From: Eledone cirrhosa
Taxonomy: Eukaryota
NCBI GenBank assembly: GCA_964016885.1
Contig: OZ024743.1
Location: forward strand, 345,526,001-345,590,000
DNA: 64,000 bases
Reading direction: 5' to 3'
Within the stretch, counting starts at the first letter, position 1. Each line of letters opens with the position of its first letter. The position numbers and the translations under genes are program-made. Positions 60,206 through 64,000 of the stretch are shown here, one piece after another. Below the pieces are notes generated by a model. That model was not told the DNA's origin and did not search any database. It saw only the letters and a program-made list of their open reading frames with translations.

Positions 60206-63200
60206 ATGGCTATGCTAAGAGTAGGCTGTTTAAATGCGCGTGGCCTGGGCTCAACTTGGAAACAAGCAATGCTTCTAAATGACCTCAGGTCACAACGTAT
60301 AGATGTGATGGTTATTTGCGAGGCCCGGATCAGCAACGTGCGACGGCTGGCCCCCACTTTTGATGACTTAGAGATGCACGCATCTCTCTGTCAGCCCGGA
60401 GGTGGGGGTGGAGTTGTCGTTCTGCTGCAAAAACATCTGGGTCTCGCAACACAGATGGTACATTTGGACCCGGAGGGTCGACTAGTGGTTCTGGACCTTG
60501 GCAGTGGTAAAGGCGGAGCGTTTAGGTTGGTAGCCGCCTACGGCCCTTTCGGGTCAATGCGGCCGGACTTCTTCCATCGTCTGGAGACTTTTCTAGGGAC
60601 GTTCTGCTCCTTGCTATTAGTGGGGGACTGGAATGGTATCCTAGATGCACGCTGGGACTACGTAGGGGCCTGTCCCGATAGAGAGGGGTGTAATAGCCTC
60701 AAAGGGTTAATCGGTCGATTTGACCTGGCTGATAGATATCGACTAGATTTTCCGACTGCGCCAACCTGGACTTGGGCAAATCGTAGCGGAACATCTAGGT
60801 CGTACCTAGATAGGTTCTTAGTTAGAATTAAGGATAAGGACTTTTTAAGTTGTCCAAAAATGCGCATGGTTGGCTATTCAGACCACAAATTAGTGACCTG
60901 CATGGTCAACCTTGACAGAACTCATAGACAGGGACCCGGTTACTGGAAGCTTTACTTGTCCTTACCGGCAAGTAAGGCTTACAGGAACCGGATTAGCACT
61001 TTAGTTAAGGAGCGGTTGACGGGCGCCATCGTCAACAGCAGGTGGTGGGGATCTCTCAAAAGAGAGATTAGAGTAGTCTCTATAGAATTTAGTAAGGAGT
61101 TAGCCTCCAATAGAAATAGGAAGGAAAGGGAGCTGGTAGATAATGTAGAAGAGGCAATTAGAAGCGGCGACGTGGCCAGAGTGCTAGCGTCGAGAACGGC
61201 CCTGGGCCAGTTCTTCGACGCGAAACACGAAGGCTGCATCGTCCGAAGCAAAATACGTGCTCTGGGAAACGAGGGGAGCAAAGCTGTTAGCTGGGCCCAC
61301 GTGACAGAAGCCAAAAGAGGGAGCAGATCCACTATCCGGTCTTTGCGAGACCAGGATGGACGGGTGATCCTTGAACCTAAGCAGATGTGCGAGGCTTTTC
61401 AAAAGCACTTTGCCGAATTGTTCGGAAGGGGCGGGGGGCCGGTTGGGGACGTGGACTTCGGTCCATACCTCGACGGCCTGCCTCGTCTCTCGGACAGGGA
61501 GGCGAAGTCCTGCGAGGAGCCGATTTCAGCCGCTGAGATAGAGGACCTGCTGAGCCAATGCGGCAAGCGCAAATCCCCGGGTCTCGATGGTCTTCCATAC
61601 GAACTATATCTAGCTATGCCGGACTTGTTCCCCGAACTCCTCGAGGCGGTCTACTGCAACTGGCGACAGAACGGGAGAATTCCCTGTGCTGTGACCAAGG
61701 GCGTAGTCACGCTAGTGAGGAAGGACGAGAACAAGGGGGACGATATAAATAATTTCAGGCCCATAACTCTGCTAAATACAGAGTTACATATTTTCGCCAA
61801 GGTGCTAGCAAAGAGGTTGGCGCTTGTCGTGGGCAACCTCGTGGGAGATGCGCAGACATGTGCTATCCCGTCCAGGTCCATCCACGATAACCTCCACCTC
61901 ATGCGATACATCATAGAGAGGGTTGGGAACGAACCCGGCTTTGGTGGGGTCCTGATCAACTTGGATCAATCTAAGGCATTCGATAGGGTCGACCATGGTT
62001 ACCTGGATGCGGTACTAGCGGCGGCAGGCTTCGGACCCGTTTTCAGGGGCTGGATCAATGCCATGCACAGCAGCCGCATCTGCTCTAGGGTCAAGGTGAA
62101 CGGCTACCTCTCGGAGCCGTTCGAAATCGCGCGGTCCATCCGACAGGGGTGCCCTCTCTCCTCCCTTCTGTATGTAGTGACTCTAGAGCCACTGCTGCGG
62201 AAGTTGGAGTTGTTGCAGGGCATCCCGTTGGAACCGGGATTGCGGAAAGCGGTGTCAGCCTACGCCGATGACGTAACAGTAATGGTGTCGACGGCCTCGG
62301 AAATCGGGGCGATCGGCACCTTACTGGAGGAGTACGAAAGGTTTACAGGGGCTAAGCTGAACCGGGACAAGTCGATCGGTCTGCAACTCGGCACGTGGAG
62401 GGGCAGATCGATGCCCTCCGATGGCGTCGTCGGGCGCTGGACGGAGGGCCCGGTGAAATTGCTCGGAGTCTGGTTCGGACCAGACCTCCAGGTGGAGAAG
62501 AACTGGGGTGAGGTGACGAGCAGGGTGTTTGCACTGACCCAGAAGTGGGCCGAGTGCAAACTGTCCCTGAAAGGTCGGGCGGAGGTGGCGAACACTTATA
62601 TAGCGTCCGTCATCTACTACCGCCTGACCGTGGTGCCTTGCCCAAGGGAAACGCTCGCCAAAATGGAGCGCGCACTCTTCCAATTCCTTTGGAAGAAGCG
62701 GGCTCCTATGGTGAGGAGATCCATCTGCTGTCAACACCCTTCGAAAGGAGGGCTGGGGATGCCGTGGCTGATGATACGTAAACACGCATTAAGGCTACGG
62801 CACCTTCAGGTATTCCTCTCCGGTCAACCGGTGTGGGCCCCGTTTGTGAGGCGAGCCTTTCCCAGACTCGTCTCACTCACCGAGCTGCAATCCTGGGTCA
62901 AGCAAAGACCGAGAAAACTGGGCGCCTGGCACACCGAGTGTGCCCAGGCGCTCACGACTCTCTGGCAGGCGGACCCGGCTGTCAGTGGAGAATCCACCTC
63001 GTCATTCTATAGAGGGCTGGTGGTTAGCAGGTGCGACGACGCCCTCGGAGAAGCCCTAGGCATGGAGGAAGACGAACTGGCCAACCTGTTCGGTAGGACA
63101 TTCAGCCCGGGACCCATGGATAACTTCCAGAGGTCCCTGGCTTGGCAATGCTACAGAAGGGCTCTGCCCGTTCGAGAAAGGCTCTACAGACACGGGCGCC

Positions 63201-63642
63201 CGGGTAGGGACCCATCGAAAAAGGTCTGTCCCAGATGCGTGTGCGACGAGGAAACCGTTGCACACGCATTGGTACATGCTCGGGCATTGCCGATCTGTGG
63301 GGCTATGTCGAACAACTGCTGTCAAGGGTGGGACCGATCCGGTTGACCACCGAATCTATTGTAACGATCAAGCCGCCTCCCCTCTTCAAAAACGAAGGAG
63401 AGGCGGTGTTTCTGTGCGTAATAGCCATGGCGAAAGAGGTTGTATGGTGGACGCGTATGAAAGGACTGAGGACAGACACCTTTCTCTCTGGCCAACAACT
63501 GGTCCGTTTCTTCCGATATCATTTCGGAAGAAGGATCAGGATGGAGAGAGAGGTGCTGCACCCCAGCCGTTTCTATGAAAGATGGGTGAAAGTGGCGAGA
63601 ATGGCCCGTGTGAATGGGCCTTCACTCTACATCAGACTATAG
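60206..63642 (+). CDS. LINE ORF2: APE endonuclease + RT + C-terminal CCHC (1-nt frameshift at ~63276)
   Basis: LNARGL, E, VGDWN, SYLDRF, SDH (APE); KSPGLDG, FRPITLLN, LDQSKAFDRV, RQGCPLS, YADDV (RT). The sibling has gtacactgc where this copy has gtacatgc. Confidence 0.92.
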
Positions 63643-64000
63643 GTGAGGAAGATGAAAGGCCAAGGGAGCACCCCTTCTCTGTGCTCCTGAGGAGAATGGT
63701 ATAATGTATTTTGAGTTAATAGTAAGCCGGAGTTGATGCCATTCTCTTAACCTTTTCTTGTAGGATTCTCTCCATACCAAAGAAACTACTGTCGACCTCC
63801 ACAACATTCTCAATATCCAGTTCTTGAAGTCGGTTTTGCCAAGGCGCCTCCTCTCTATTGAGGATTTTGTTATAAATTTTATTTTTTGTTATATTTTATT
63901 TTATTTTTATACTTTGTTATTGCCTCCTCCTTATTGAGGACGCCTTTTTGTGTAAACTCCCCCCTTTGTACTTGTCCCACTTTTGATGCCCTGGTGGCAA

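Larger units (their letters stand above)
58171..64000 (+). mobile_element. Near full-length Tx1/L1-clade non-LTR retrotransposon
   Basis: 5' UTR, ORF1, ORF2 and 3' UTR running to the window edge (gtggcaa, matching the sibling's 3' end). Confidence 0.93.

Overview
Eukaryotic, very repeat-rich, AT-rich DNA, most likely a cephalopod (Octopus-like; inferred from SINE types and microsatellite load). No host gene is confidently recognisable, and most ORF-track entries are microsatellite artefacts. Contents: (i) three decayed Penelope-like elements (PLEs; RT and/or C-terminal GIY-YIG) at ~24.6-26.9, 29.4-31.8 and 48.9-51.6 kb; (ii) a near full-length Tx1/L1-clade LINE (58.2-64 kb) with a 5'-truncated sibling, both abutting (ATCT)n; (iii) relics of RTE, R4/Dong-like, CRE-like and Tc1/maT elements, and many tRNA-derived SINEs. 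The standout is a set of small non-coding elements embedded in (TA)n tracts that carry type I hammerhead ribozymes (HHRs): about 12 distinct sequence families and about 20 copies, found by eye. They occur as circularly permuted tandem monomers (retrozyme-like), as near-perfect palindromes with an HHR in each arm, and as deletion series down to ~50-bp stubs. Three unrelated families show the compensatory U3-A8 core variant. All folds were paired by hand and are untested.
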